The notes under the pieces were generated by a model. That model searched no databases, had not been told where the DNA came from, and saw nothing but the letters and a program-made list of their open reading frames with translations. A DNA stretch of 64,000 nucleotides from Tetramitus jugosus (Eukaryota > Protista > Heterolobosea), in assembly GCA_937625935.1 (NCBI GenBank), contig OW569363.1, forward strand, positions 1 to 64,000. Reading direction: 5' to 3'. Positions 20,333 through 33,291 of the stretch are shown here, piece by piece (positions within the stretch are counted from its first letter, which is position 1; every line of letters starts with the position of its first letter). A program made the position numbers and the translations under genes.

Positions 20333-23300
20333 TCACTCTCCTTTCTTCTCCTTGTCCATCATTTGCTTCAGAAGACTGTCAGCGTCGAATCCGGCATTCT
20401 TTCTTCCACGTTTGGCAACAACACCAGACTTTGGTTTCGTTGGTTCCTTCTTGTAACCTGTTCCATCGACAAGTCCAGAGAGTGTCTTATCTACAATACC
20501 GTCACCTTCGGTGTCAACGGAGATCACTGACTTCTTAGGAGCCTTCTTTACAAGCGTTTTCTTCTCACTCTCTTCCTTGGCCTTGTTCTTTCTTCTTTCT
20601 CTCTCAGCCTTCTTCTCTTCCATTTCTCTCTTTCTGAGAATATCGGCGTGAGTTTCCTTCCATGTTTGAATGAATTGATGCATGTTGGCGACAAAGTCCT
20701 CTGGCTTATACTTCTTTGGATCTTCACCATAGGCATCTCTCAATTCGTTCAATCTGTTCATCATCTTCTGATAGTTGGATTGTTCTTCGGACAGACGATC
20801 ACTAGAGTCAGCAATGAACTCCTTCATGATCATTGAGAAGGAGTCTCTGTCGCTTGATTCTCTCTTGTCAGCAAAATCGACTTCCTGGAACACTTGATTC
20901 AAACCGGTTTGCAGTTCGTTCAATTCATTTTGAACGTTGGTAGTAGAGACACGAGTAGCGGCTTCGATACGATCCACTTGATTGACCCATTCCATCAATT
21001 CAGGGTACTGCTTCTCAACGAACAGGAGAATGTATCGAAGAAGATCAATACGTGCGCCAGTGGCCTTGGTGTCCTTGAGCTTATTCAGAGCACTCATTTC
21101 AAAACCATAGACAGCCTTACCAGTGTTCAAGTAGTTACCAATAGCGAGAATCTTCTCGAGCAATCCATGGAACAGATCAGCTTCTAGAATTTGTTTGGAA
21201 GCAACGAGCATATTTTCGATATCTGGAGCAACATTGGTGATTGCAGGGTCAAACTTGATCTTAAACATCCAGCAGTTCAATCTTTGATCAAATCTTGGAA
21301 TGTCGATAATGTGCTTGAAGAATTGTTCAGTTGGACCAAGCATATCAATGTCACCATTATATTCGCTCACAGCAACAACTTCATCAGATGATGGAGCAAT
21401 GTCCTTCAATGCCTTAATCTGTTCAAGAGTCAACACTTCTTCGTCCATGTCCAAAATAGCTCTTCTGATAACCTTGAAGTCCAATCTCATGGATCCGAGA
21501 ACAATGGCAGCATTTTGAGCCTTCTTTGGATCGATGAGTGTAATCTTCTCTGGCTTCTTAGGGCCAGTATTCTCAAGTGACTTTGTAGCCTTCTTGGCGA
21601 ACAACTTTTCAATTTCTTCAAAGTCAATCATAACATTCTCTTGATTCTTACAAATGTCCTTCTTCATCCAGATGGTCGAAGCCACCTTGTTGTTGTTAAT
21701 CTTGTTCCAGAAAATACCCTTCAGAGCAACACTTGGTTGGTAACTTGGCAGCTTTGGCAATGGATTGGCCATCATCATACCCATACCTGGTGGCATTGGT
21801 GGTCCGCCCATACCAGGTGGTGGAGGTGGTCCACCCATCATTGGTGGAGGTGGAGGACCACCCATCATAGGAGGAGGTGGAGGAGGACCACCACCGCCCA
21901 TCATCGGAGGAGGTGGAGGACCACCACCAATCATTGGAGGAGGTGGAGGACCACCACCTATCATTGGAGGTGGAGGACCACTGCCATCCATTGGGGTTGG
22001 TGGAGGAATACCACCACCGCCACCCATGGCCATTGGAGGAGGAATCATACCACCTCCCATACCCATGCCGCCGCCCATTCCCATTCCCATACCGCCGCCC
22101 ATGCCGCCACCACCACCGCCGCCGCCTGAGCCACCCTTGGACTCTGCTTGCTTGAGCTTGAATGCTAAGAACTTGACTTCAGCTTCTAGATTTCTGACGT
22201 GAGTTTGATACTCTTTTGGTGCATTGTGCAAGTCATCGACAGCAGATGATTTCTTGAACTTGCTCAACTGGGCCAACACTTGTTCGTTGGTCTCACCGTC
22301 TAGTTCGACATCTTGCATGTCCTGCTTGCTCAAAGATGTGTCTCCAATAAACTTGTCAATCATCTTCTTGTCAATCTTTCCATTCTTGACCATCTCAGCC
22401 ATCTTCAAGAAGTTCTTTTCCAAGTCACCAATCTTCTTTTGTTGCGTCATGACTCTGTCACTCAATTGCAATTCTCTGACTGAAATCTCAGCGACTGTTC
22501 CATCATCGTTCAGAGTGATAGCCTTCTTTACAATTGCTTCCAGAACCTTCATGTTCTCAACCTTCTCCTCTTCTGTACTCTTACCAGAAATGATCAAAAA
22601 GTATTGAAGAATGTTGATAAAGTGATCAAAAGCGTTCGTACCAGACAATTGAACACGAATCAACTTCAAAATCTCAGTTGGATTCTCCATGTTGTCCATA
22701 ATGTCCTCCTGTTCATCGTCTTCTACGACTTCAGCCTCATCCATCTCTTCCATCTCCTCTTCAAAGATACCTAATTGAGTCATGAGAATATCATCGGTAT
22801 CACTCGATCGAATCCTCTCCAACAGATCCAACATTTTCAAGTCTCTAAACTCTTTTCTCAATTGTCTCTTGGTAGCAGCGTCCAATGGAGAGTCGATCAG
22901 AGCATTGATGAACAAGAAACCGGCGACTTGATAATTAATGTAATCGTCATGGAAGTTTCTATAGGACAATGTCTTGGTCAGTGTTTCGAAACGAACCTTT
23001 TCATTCTTCATAATCTTGAAATTGTTCATGACGTCGAGTGTCAACCAGAAACCGTCTTCTGAGAATTTGGTCACAGTGGCCAACAGGAAGAAAATTTGAG
23101 TCTTGGTCTTGAGGTTCTGCGAGTCCAACAATCGAGACATCATCTCAATGGAACGATCAGCCTTCAAGAAGGCATGCATACCGAACGATGTGTTCATCAA
23201 TGTACGAATCGCTCTGATGCACTCTGCTTGCAACACATCAAACGGATCTTCCTTGATGACATCAGGTGGTGCAAACTTGTCCTTTGAGTCATCCTCGTCG

Positions 23301-24347
23301 TCCTCTTCTTCGGCCAACGAGTCGGCATCATTGTTGTTATTGTTGTCTGCTGCTGATTCTTCGCCAACAATGGCTGGAGCAGTGGCAAATGATGGTTCAG
23401 CACCATCATCTTCCTCCTCACTCTCATAACCATCACTCTCTTCATCAGTTGTCTTCTTCTTCTTCTGGTCAGAGGGTGTGGATTGTTGTATTGGTACAGG
23501 TGGTGGCAACGGTAGTGATGAATTGGTTTTTGATTCTTCGTTCATGAGCAACGTCTTGTTTCCTAGAGCGGCTTGCTCTCTCATTTGTTCACCTTGAGTA
23601 TCACTCGTGTTGACCAACACTTCGAAAATGAGTGGCAATCCACCCAACTCCAAATACTTTTTCACCCAGTCATCAGACTTGTTCTTCAATCGACGAATCA
23701 ATTCTTGAATGACAGATGTGGTAGGTGAGTCTCTCAAGACAGATATATAGTACTCTGGTGCTTGTTTAATCTCTGCAGAGTTCTCCTGTCGCCTCATTGT
23801 TTCTTCGTGCTTTAGTACGAGTTTCCACTTTTCGTCCAACGACTTGTTCATCATGTATTGTCTGCTCTTTTCATTTGTCACTTTTTGATAATTCTAATAC
23901 ATCATGTTCGTAGTGGTAGTGGTTCCACAGTGCAAAATCGAATCCACAAGTTTTCAAGTGTTAGCAAAATCATACACATGTGTATTTGCGCAACTCAACT
24001 ACATTGACAGAGCAAAAAAAAACAGAAAAAAAAAATTTGCACACAAACACACAGCAAGATGATGATGATGATGTACAGTAAAGACACCAACCAACACATA
24101 CCAATAATCTCTCAAATTTCATATTGACAATATCTTCAGCAGGCATCTTATTCTTCTTCAAATTGTTAACGGCACTGTTCGATGAGCCGAATGGTGAGTT
24201 TGCTTGATTGGAAGCACCTCCACCACCGCCACTGCCACTACCCGTCGAAGATGATGAAGAGCCTTGTTCACTCGATGTGGCTTGTGAGCTCTTCCACTCG
24301 GATTTGGCATCTTTTTTCTTGTTGAAAATTCCAGAAAAGGCCTTCAT
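20333..24347 (-). CDS. Diaphanous-related formin (GBD/FH3-FH1-FH2-DAD), 2 exons
   Basis: Exon 1 is 24347-24102 (GTATGT donor) and exon 2 is 23893-20333. Polyproline FH1; FH2 with LKGIFWNKI, AQNAAIVL and LAIGNYLN...KLKDTK; C-terminal DAD-like IVDKTLSGL. Confidence 0.95.
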
Positions 24348-24741
24348 GATTTTTTATAGTAAGATGATAAATGGACCTTTGTGTGTTTGGAATTTGATAT
24401 AGTTTTTTGTTGAGTTTGTTGAAGATTGAATGGATGGATGGTGGTAGTACAGAAAGAGTTTTTGTTTTTTTGTTGTTTGCGTCAGTGTTTTTGCAGTTTG
24501 TCAAGCAAAAAACCCCTTGGTAGGGACAATCACACAGGGATGACATTGACAGGCACTTGATGAGGTGTGATATTACCCCGACGTTGTAAGGGATTCAGTA
24601 TCTGATCGCCATCCAATGGAATCTCACAAGAAGGCTTTGTTTGATGTTTTCTCAGAGTGTCCCAAAGGTCATTGGGTACTGTCACTCTAGTCATCCATTT
24701 GTCATAACATGTCATGACTCTCATACCCTGAACTCTTCTCC

Positions 24742-27303
24742 ATGTCAAAAGTTTTTTTCGCTTCCCACACACGATGCATCATTTTTTCCAGCAAGCAAAA
24801 CCCGACAAACTTCCAAAAAACACAACTCACACACACAATTCCGGACATGCATAGTAGCAACAGCAGACGAAGCAGTGTCACTTCCACAAGCAGTGACAGT
24901 TCTTCCTCATCCACGACGTCAAATTCCTTTACTCACAACAACAATAACAACCCTTCTCGCCTCATGAAATCCAAAACAACCAAAAATGAAGAAGACGACA
25001 ACGACGTCAACATTGAAGAAGAAAATATTGACGACTTGGAGGAAGAATTGGACAGATTGTCAAACGACGACGGCGAAGAAGAAGAACATGATGCTCTCTT
25101 TGAAATGGACGACCTTCAATCATCAACAAAAACAACAACATCATCATCATCAACAATAACATCAATAAGATCATCACTGTCTTCATCACTCTTATCATCA
25201 TTGACAAATACGAGTCCAACGACCATTACAACCATGATGACACCAACACTGTCCCATTTAGCTTCACCATCGTCATCTACGTCTTCTACTCCGATTGCTA
25301 ATAGTCCGACGACGACAACCGCTTCTTCTTCTACGACAAGTTCAGCGGCTACTACACCTACGTCAAGTGCAACCACAACTCCCACTCATTTTTCATCATC
25401 TTTTGCTTATAACAACAATAACAACAACAACAATAATAGTCATCAACAACAACAACAATGTAGTGCAATCAACATTCCCTTAATCAACACATCAAAAACA
25501 AGCACTGGAGGTTCACTTCAACCACCAAAATCTCCACATCATCATCATCATCAACATCACCATCACTCTCGAACAACAAACAAGAGTCACCATCATCATC
25601 ATGTTCACACAAAATACGTGACTCCACAACAAGTAGCAAACATGGTTGTTTTGCAACCACCGATTCAAGACAAGGTACTACCATTATTGTTGATTGATTT
25701 GAGAAGTTATGATGAGTATTGTAGTAGTCATATCGAATGGAGTATCAATATGCAAATACCTGATAAACTTGTTTCGATGAGTGATGATGAATTGATTCAA
25801 TTGTATCACAGTACAATGAACTCAATGATGATGAATTCAGATGACTTGCTTCATGCTTCACCCAGAAGACGATCAAACTCTAGTGCCAATACGATATCTC
25901 CCATGAGTTCACCAAGACGATCCAGTAACATGAGTATCAACAATAGTATGAATAGTAGTAGTAATAGTATTAATAGTATGGGTGGTGGTGGTGGTAGTAG
26001 CAGCAGTGGCGGCGGTAGTAGTATTCAATCGACTCCTATTATGATTAGACCAATGAGAGCACGATCAGGTTCATTGTCCATCAGTCCCAATACTCACTAT
26101 TTGTCAAATGCAGCAGCAACTACTACTGTCAATGGTAGTTCTACCATGTTGGGAACGAGTCATAGCAGTTATTATGCATCTGCTGCTCATCCATCATCAT
26201 TATCATCTTCATTGTCATCTCTCTCTTCATCGCTGCCATCATCTCCTAGTTGTTCTCCTAGAATGACAAGTGCAGATCCAGCAGCTGAATCCATTCTTAA
26301 ATTATTAGAGGTTACATGTTTCCCTGAAAAGGTGTTTGAAAGCAAATTCCAATGGAGGCATTTGTCTCATGCAGTCTTGTTTGTTGATTGTGATGATCAC
26401 GATGGTCCAGAAACTGAGGAAGACAAGAGAAAGAAGCGAGTTTGTCGCTGGTTGTACAGGTTGTTGAAACGAGAGCATAAGATTAAGGCACTGTCCATTC
26501 TAAAGTCATCATTTCAAGAATTTCAGAGAAGTGTGCCATTTTTGATCACGAACAAGAGACACAAGGAATATGATTTTCCAACCATTATCAACTCGTTCAT
26601 GTACTTGGGAACTCATCGCATGCTGACCCAACCAGGCGGTATCGATGTGTTGATGAAGAGAAAGCTAGGTGTTCAGTTCGTTTTGAATTGTGCACATGAG
26701 TGTGGCAGCGTCATTCCAGAAACCTATTTGGAAGCAGGTAAGTTCACATACAAGAAGATTGATTTAGAGTCAGAGGTAGAGAAACCTCTATCAGAGTCTC
26801 TCTCATTTGAAAAGATTGTCGAGATTATTCAATTTATTGAAGGTGCACGAAAGCGTCACAGATCTCTCGAATGTAACAATACGAACAGTGCTCCTACAAC
26901 ACCAGTGAGTGACAGTGATAGCTCAACATCAAGTACGAGAGAACTCCCTAATCGGAGACTGTCCATTGGTTCCAGCGCCAGAGAATCAGCAAAGCTTTTC
27001 ATTCATTGTCATGAAGGACGATGCAGAGGTGTTGCTGTTTGCTGCATCTACTTTATGGTGCGATTGTCTTGGAATTTGAACACGTGCCTCCAATTCTTTA
27101 GAGTTCACAGGCCTCTGGTCAGTATTACTGAACAGTACATGAAGTGGTTGCAAAGGTTTGATCACATGATGTTCAACATTCCAAACAGACACGAAATTCC
27201 ACTGTCTGTCCTATTCACCGAGATTCAACAACGATGGGCAACTGAGATGCAAGAACAACCAATCACTCCAGATGAGTCCAACAACAAAGTCACCATCAAA
27301 TAA
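24742..27303 (+). CDS. Rhodanese-domain dual-specificity (MAPK-type) phosphatase with low-complexity tracts
   Basis: LLIDLRSYDEYCSSHIEWSINM (rhodanese), PTIINSFMYLG and FIHCHEGRCRG (HCxxGxxR). The start may be ATG 24847. Confidence 0.85.
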   Translation: MSKVFFASHTRCIIFSSKQNPTNFQKTQLTHTIPDMHSSNSRRSSVTSTSSDSSSSSTTSNSFTHNNNNNPSRLMKSKTTKNEEDDNDVNIEEENIDDLEEELDRLSNDDGEEEEHDALFEMDDLQSSTKTTTSSSSTITSIRSSLSSSLLSSLTNTSPTTITTMMTPTLSHLASPSSSTSSTPIANSPTTTTASSSTTSSAATTPTSSATTTPTHFSSSFAYNNNNNNNNNSHQQQQQCSAINIPLINTSKTSTGGSLQPPKSPHHHHHQHHHHSRTTNKSHHHHHVHTKYVTPQQVANMVVLQPPIQDKVLPLLLIDLRSYDEYCSSHIEWSINMQIPDKLVSMSDDELIQLYHSTMNSMMMNSDDLLHASPRRRSNSSANTISPMSSPRRSSNMSINNSMNSSSNSINSMGGGGGSSSSGGGSSIQSTPIMIRPMRARSGSLSISPNTHYLSNAAATTTVNGSSTMLGTSHSSYYASAAHPSSLSSSLSSLSSSLPSSPSCSPRMTSADPAAESILKLLEVTCFPEKVFESKFQWRHLSHAVLFVDCDDHDGPETEEDKRKKRVCRWLYRLLKREHKIKALSILKSSFQEFQRSVPFLITNKRHKEYDFPTIINSFMYLGTHRMLTQPGGIDVLMKRKLGVQFVLNCAHECGSVIPETYLEAGKFTYKKIDLESEVEKPLSESLSFEKIVEIIQFIEGARKRHRSLECNNTNSAPTTPVSDSDSSTSSTRELPNRRLSIGSSARESAKLFIHCHEGRCRGVAVCCIYFMVRLSWNLNTCLQFFRVHRPLVSITEQYMKWLQRFDHMMFNIPNRHEIPLSVLFTEIQQRWATEMQEQPITPDESNNKVTIK

Positions 27304-27477
27304 ATAAACCTCCACGTTCAAAATTCTTTACGTCTCCCCACACATACAATTCCACCCCACAGGTGAACTTTCACTCTTTTTCTTGACCACAACAAACTCC
27401 GCCTCATGTGAAAAAAATTCTTCTCTGCAGCAAACAACAACACGAATAACAACAACCATCAGCATTACCCATCAAGA

Positions 27478-28858
27478 ATGCCACTCTTTAAGGAAGAAGA
27501 AATCAAATCAGTCACCACTGACATTGACCTCCAAGTTCAATCATTTGCAGTCAAAAAACAACATGATGCCAAACGATACATACCCGATTCGATTCAAACA
27601 CTAGAAACCGTATTGTCCATCAATTTTCATCCGACGAAAAAATTGATTGCCATGGGATGTGTGGACGGTGAGACATCCATCTACGAATATTCATTAAACG
27701 GTAACAAACAAGTCGCAACGTTTCAACAACACTTGGATTCGTGCCGTGAAGTTTGCTTTAGTGATAATGGAAAATGTTGGTGTGTTGTTGTTGATGTCGT
27801 TTTTTTTATGGTCTTTGATTTTTTGCATTTCTGATTTTGTTATAATGACACCACTTGTACCTCTCCCCACATGAACTGTAAAAAAATGTTAAATATTCGT
27901 CAATCTAGATTTATTGTCCGTTTCATCAGATAAGACAATCAACTCGGTCAATGTAGAAAAGGAAAAGATGCAATTTGAGATTGCCAATGCGCATGAACAC
28001 CCTATTCAAACATTTATTTGCTGCACAGATAATGTAATTGCATCGGGTGACGATGAAGGCTATGTCAATGTTTGGGACATTAGAAAAGGTGGAAAACCAG
28101 TGGCAAAATTCGAAGAACACGCAGAGTATGTTTCGGACTTTGATTTCGAAGATGAGGGAATGACACTGTATTCGACGAGTGCAGACGGAACACTGTGCAT
28201 ACAGGATTTGAGAAAAATGAAGGTGAGAGATATTTCCAAGCCGTACGAGAAGGACTTTTTGTGCTGTTGCGAAATGTCGAGAGGTGAGAATATTGCTGTG
28301 GGAACGAGCAAGGGAGATATTCTTGTGTTTGATTATGGAAAGTGGGAGGGACATGCCAGTAAGATTGCCACCAATATGGAATCAGTGGATTCCATGTTGT
28401 TCATCACTGAGAAGATGATGGCATGTGGTTCGGTCGATGGAACGATCCGTCTCTTTAATTTGCAGCCTCACAAGATGGTTAGTACACTGTGTTCATCTGA
28501 AGATCCTATTTATAAGATGGCGCTGAGTCCTGATGGTCTCTATATTGCTTCATGTGGTGGTAACAATGTAGTTCGATTTTGGAACTCTGCTGGTCTCTAT
28601 GGTGTCAATCTGTCTGAGAAGATTGAACAACAGGAAGAGGATGAGCAAGAAGAGTCTGAAGGAACGAAACCAACGACTGTTGATGTCAAGCCAGCAAAAA
28701 CTGAAGCTCCTGCTGCATCCACGAGCACTGAGGAACAAGCAACAGAAGGCGAGAAGAAGAGAAAACGAAACAGTGAGAAGGTGGATGAACGAAAGAAGAA
28801 ACGAGTGTACAACTCTCAAAAGAAATCCTTCTTCCACGATATGGTGAACGAATATTAA
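27478..28858 (+). CDS. WDR55: WD40-repeat protein, WDR55/JIP5-like, 2 exons
   Basis: Intron 27776-27908. SINFHP, HLDSCREVCFS, ASGDDEGYVNVWDIR, EEHAEYVSDF, and the C-terminal basic tract plus SFFHDM typical of WDR55. Confidence 0.8.
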
Positions 28859-29028
28859 AAACACTTTTGTTGAATGACTCTTTCTCGATGTTCTGTGAGA
28901 TCGCCAAAATTTTCACCAGGCCGACCCAACAAAAATCGTAAAACTTTCTTGTTTGAAGAAAAAACGCTTCTTCAATCCCAGAAACACAACAACTTGAACA
29001 TCTTGTATCAAACGAACAACAAAAGAAT

Positions 29029-29408
29029 ATGGCCTATCAATCCATCAACGCGAGAAAGGAAGAATTCAGAAAGTATCTAGAGAAGAACGGAGTCGTTGAT
29101 TCAATCACAAAAGGTGTGGTAGCTCATTCAATGTCGCGCTGTTTGCGCAATCATTTTTTTTAAGCCCTGATGGATGGTGAAATTAACAAAATGCAATCTT
29201 CTTGTCAATAGTTCTTGTCGCACTATATGAAGAACCAGAACGACCACAAAATCCATTGGATTACATTAAGCAATCCTTGGGTGGACCAAGCACCAATGAC
29301 GCTGAAGCTTTAAAGATTGAGAATGAACAATTGAAGAAGAGGATAAAGGAATTGGAAAGTTCAAGCACTACCGTGAAAAAGGACGAAGGGGGTGATGCTG
29401 CACAATGA
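29029..29408 (+). CDS. MYCBP: c-Myc-binding protein (MYCBP/AMY-1) homologue, 2 exons
   Basis: MAYQSINARKEEFRKYLEKNGVVDSITK|VLVALYEEPERPQNPLDYIKQSLG; intron 29114-29211. Confidence 0.92.
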
Positions 29409-29542
29409 AGCTCTGACGTCAAATGAAATGTTGTTGGGCTGCCCTTGACAAATTAATAAAAAAATTGTACAAATTTCTGCGATCGGAGTTATAATGAACA
29501 ACACCATCTCTCACCCACAGAAAAAAGGAAACGACACGAAGT

Positions 29543-31349
29543 ATGACAGCAAGAAAGACAGCAGCATCAAGCTTTGCTTTGATGCTCATGTTGGTCGTGT
29601 TGATGATCACAACAGCTTTTGCTGCGATTAGACCTATCAACAGACAACAACAACAGCAGTTGCCAGGTTACTATTCATCACTCTCTCAGAGTGCTCTCCA
29701 ATACATGAGCAAGCAAGCTGTTCCATTGATTGTGTCTCAAGTCATGTCTACTCAGTTATCAGATATCAATCAAGAGGTTCACACTCCAATTGGAGCTGTT
29801 GATTTTGATCTCACTGGATTGCACATTGATTCATTCTGTACGTTGTTGTTGTTGTTGTTTACATTTTCTCTTTTTAGCTTTGTTAGCTCTTTGTTGATTT
29901 CTGTTTGTGTTGTTTGTGCAGAAATCTCATTCTTCTTCTTCTTTTGTTGTTGTTATTGTTGTTATTGTTGTTGTAGCTATTGGCGATTTGCAAGTCCCAA
30001 TCTCTCAAGGTGTCGGCGTACAAGTCAACGTGAACAATATCCAATTGTCTGTAAATGGTAATTGGAACTACAGAGAAAAATCTTTTCCTCATCTTTCTGA
30101 TCATGGCACATTGGACATGAATGCGGGTATGACCATGAATGTTTTGATTCACATCTCTGCTGATGTTTCAACTGGTAAATTGATGTTGAGCGTGGATCCA
30201 AATGCTGTTGTCTCATTGGACAATTTGCAACTCAAGTTACACGGAGGACAGAGTATGTTTACTATTCAAGATCGTATTGTTATTTGCTGTATGAAGATGT
30301 CTGACATACTTCTTTTGTTTTTTTATTTGTTTTTTGTCTGTCAATGGTACAAAGGTTGGTTGTACAATACTTTTATCAGTGCATTCCAAAACAAGATTGC
30401 TCAATCGATTCATGACACAATGATTAAGATGATTACTGGTGATTTGAATCAGAGATTGCAACAAGAGTCAGCTGAAATTGACTATGTCGTTCCTGTTGGA
30501 AAGGCAGAATATGGCTTGGTGGCTGATTTCTCAGTGTTGCAAGCAGTGTGCAACTCTACTCTCGGTTTGGTCTCCATTGGAACAAAGGGAGAGATTTTGG
30601 TGAATAAGACTGGCGCACTTCCATATCCAGGAGCTGCTGCATCATTTGTGCCATTGTCACAAGGTTCAGAGATGATTAACATTGTGGCAACAGATTTCTT
30701 GTTCAATACTGCTGGTTGGTCTGCTTACCAAGACGGTTTCATGCAAATTTTGGTCACCAATGCCATGATCCCAAGTACCGTACCAATCAAATTGAACACT
30801 GCCATGTTCAAGGCCACTATTCCTGGTTTGTATCAAAAGTATCCAGACACGGAGATGCAATTGTTGGTCAGTGACACAGGAAAAAACTTTGAGAATGCAC
30901 CAAAGGTCACTATTGCTGCCAGCAACGGACTGATGCTCAGTACTATTATTGATATGGAATGGAGCGTTGTGTTGAACACTTCACAAGTTGTTCCAGTCTT
31001 TGTCTTGAACACCACTGTTACTGTTGAAGGAAAGGCTACTGTTGCACCTGGTAACTTGCTGACTGCAGCTGTTCAACTAGATACTCTGATCGTAGGTGTT
31101 GAGTCTTCTCAGGTTGGAGCCATTGATGTCAACGCACTCACGACTTTTATTCGTGCCATGGTACAATACATTGCCCTGCCATTGGTGAACAAGGAGCTTC
31201 AAACAGGCTTCCAGATTCCTACCTTTGAGGGCATCGAATTACAAAATCCTCAGTTGACCTTCCAAGACAGATACTTTACCATTAGCAGTGACTTTACGTA
31301 CACTCCAGCAAAGAGTCTGCCAACAAAGAAACAGAGATATCACTTGTAA
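29543..31349 (+). CDS. Secreted BPI/LBP/CETP-family lipid-binding protein, 3 exons
   Basis: Signal peptide. Introns 29838-29976 and 30253-30354. Spliced HGGQSWLYNTF, DFLFNTAGWSAY, IPGLYQKYPD and PLVNKELQTGFQIP are typical of BPI1/BPI2 domains. Confidence 0.88.
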
Positions 31350-31500
31350 TTGTACACTCACGTAAAATAACTGCGACCATACAAGGTATTGAAGTTCATG
31401 AAAAAACGCGAGTTCTGTGCGATATTCCACACAACTTCTGGAGTCCTTATGTTATTTACTCCGAGAAAACACGTCAACAAACATCGAACAACAACAACAA

Positions 31501-32508
31501 ATGCACCACAGAAACAGTGGAAGCGGATTTTCATCTTCAGCCGACACTCATCTGCAACAACACTCTTTGCTCTCTCATAACGATAACAGCTCTAGTGCGA
31601 CTACTGTCATGAAAAAGCACCAATACACGTACAACAAAAAAAAGAGCTGCACCTTTTATTTTATCCTATTTTTTGTCTTCTTGGTCATTGCTCTCTTGGT
31701 TGTCTCTGCCGTCATTATTGTTATCCCTATTGTGAACAAGGTTCGGAGAAATAGTAATCATTCTGGCGCCAATATCTCGCCCAGTGATTCCTCCGATTTT
31801 GTCGATGTGAAACAGTTGGCATTGACGGATGGTATGTTGATGGAGATTCGTTACTCTGGATATCACAACTTTGTCGGTAGGCCCGTTGCGGGGTATTTGG
31901 AACCAAAGTGTCTGTTGACCAAAAAGGCCGCCACTCAGCTTGTTAAAGTTCAAGCCTACGTGGAGCAAGAATACAAAATGACGCTCAAAATTTACGATTG
32001 TTATCGCCCGCAGCAATCAGTCTCCGATTTTGTTCAATGGTCGATTTCTCCAGAGAGCGCCAAAAAGGACTACAGGAACATGAGGCGGGAGTTTTACCCG
32101 ACGTTTGATAATCCTCAGGAGTTGTTCGACAAGGGATACATTGCCTATCGATCGGGTCACACCAGAGGATCAACTATTGACTTGACTCTAGTGCCACTGC
32201 CTGTGCCACAACAACCAGAGTATGACAATGTGACGACACCGTTGGTTCCGTGCTATGAACCATATGCTGCTCGTTTCAAGGACAATGGTATTGACATGGG
32301 AACTGGATTCGACTGTTTTCATGCCATGTCTCACACGGATCCTACGAGCGATGGCTACATTCTGACAGCACAACAGAAGGAGAACAGAAGGAAATTGGTG
32401 AGTGCCATGGAACGGTTTGGTTTCGCGAATTATGACAAGGAATGGTGGCATTACACTCTGAAGCATGAGCCCTATCCAGACACTTACTTTACCTTTCCTG
32501 TTCAATAA
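31501..32508 (+). CDS. D-alanyl-D-alanine dipeptidase (VanX/DdpX, peptidase M15D) with N-terminal TM anchor
   Basis: EIRYSGYHNFVG, YDCYRPQ, SGHTRGSTIDLTL, DMGTGFD and EWWHY Zn-peptidase motifs. One strongly hydrophobic helix (FYFILFFVFLVIALLVVSAVIIVIPIV). Intronless. Confidence 0.93.
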   Translation: MHHRNSGSGFSSSADTHLQQHSLLSHNDNSSSATTVMKKHQYTYNKKKSCTFYFILFFVFLVIALLVVSAVIIVIPIVNKVRRNSNHSGANISPSDSSDFVDVKQLALTDGMLMEIRYSGYHNFVGRPVAGYLEPKCLLTKKAATQLVKVQAYVEQEYKMTLKIYDCYRPQQSVSDFVQWSISPESAKKDYRNMRREFYPTFDNPQELFDKGYIAYRSGHTRGSTIDLTLVPLPVPQQPEYDNVTTPLVPCYEPYAARFKDNGIDMGTGFDCFHAMSHTDPTSDGYILTAQQKENRRKLVSAMERFGFANYDKEWWHYTLKHEPYPDTYFTFPVQ

Positions 32509-32569
32509 CTCCGTAAAGTAATTTACTTTGATTTTTTTTTATTGTAACTTGCATTATAAATGATGATTC

Positions 32570-33042
32570 TTAGTTTGACTCTTCATTGTAAATCAATTTG
32601 TCACCGTTCACTTCAACCCACTCCTTCACAGATCCCACACGCTTATACTTGTTCTTATAAAAGTCAACCTTGCCCTGCAATTGAGTCTCAGTAATGCCTT
32701 GACCAGCCACATCCATATTGTTGGTCATGGAAGGTTCCAATGAAGACTTGATCAAACAAACAGTGAGATCCTTACCGGCAAACACGTGATATCTGCCACT
32801 CTTGTTATAAAAACCGGAATCAGTCACATCGAACACTATCAACAATTATATCATCGGTTAGTTTGGCTGCAAGATTGTCTCCCACACAGAAAAGCGAAAG
32901 TGAAAATGGAAGTGCATAGTAGTCGTATGAAAAAAAGTTGTTCCTTACCATTGCCTGCAATTGAAATGTACACTCTATCCTTTGTTTCACCATCGAATTG
33001 TGCCAAATCGGCAAGAGAGTATTGTGGTAATGCTGTTGACAT
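32570..33042 (-). CDS. Cytochrome b5-like heme/steroid-binding protein (MAPR/Dap1/neudesin family), 2 exons
   Basis: YSLADLAQFDG...VYISIAGN|VFDVT...FYNKSGRYHVFAGKDLT...YKNKYKRVG; intron 32948-32836. Confidence 0.9.
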
Positions 33043-33291
33043 TTTTATATTTGTCTGTTGTTTTGTCTGTTGTGATTTTGTTTGTTGTTGGAAGTTTTTT
33101 TAAGCCGGAATAAGTTTGGACTGAGTGAGTGCGGGATTTGATGGTTGGAGGAGGGAATAAGACTGTTGAATACAAAGAATAGACGATATATAACGATTAG
33201 ATTGGATCTTTCTGACGTAAGGAATGGCGCAATGCTTGACACAAAACTCACATGGTGTGTACATTTTATGAAAATCGACATTACAGTAGTT

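Noticed and set aside
24900-26260. Trinucleotide microsatellites (CAA/TCA/AGT) as separate repeat elements
   Set aside because: They encode poly-N/Q/S/H/T tracts within ORFs, a window-wide compositional trait.
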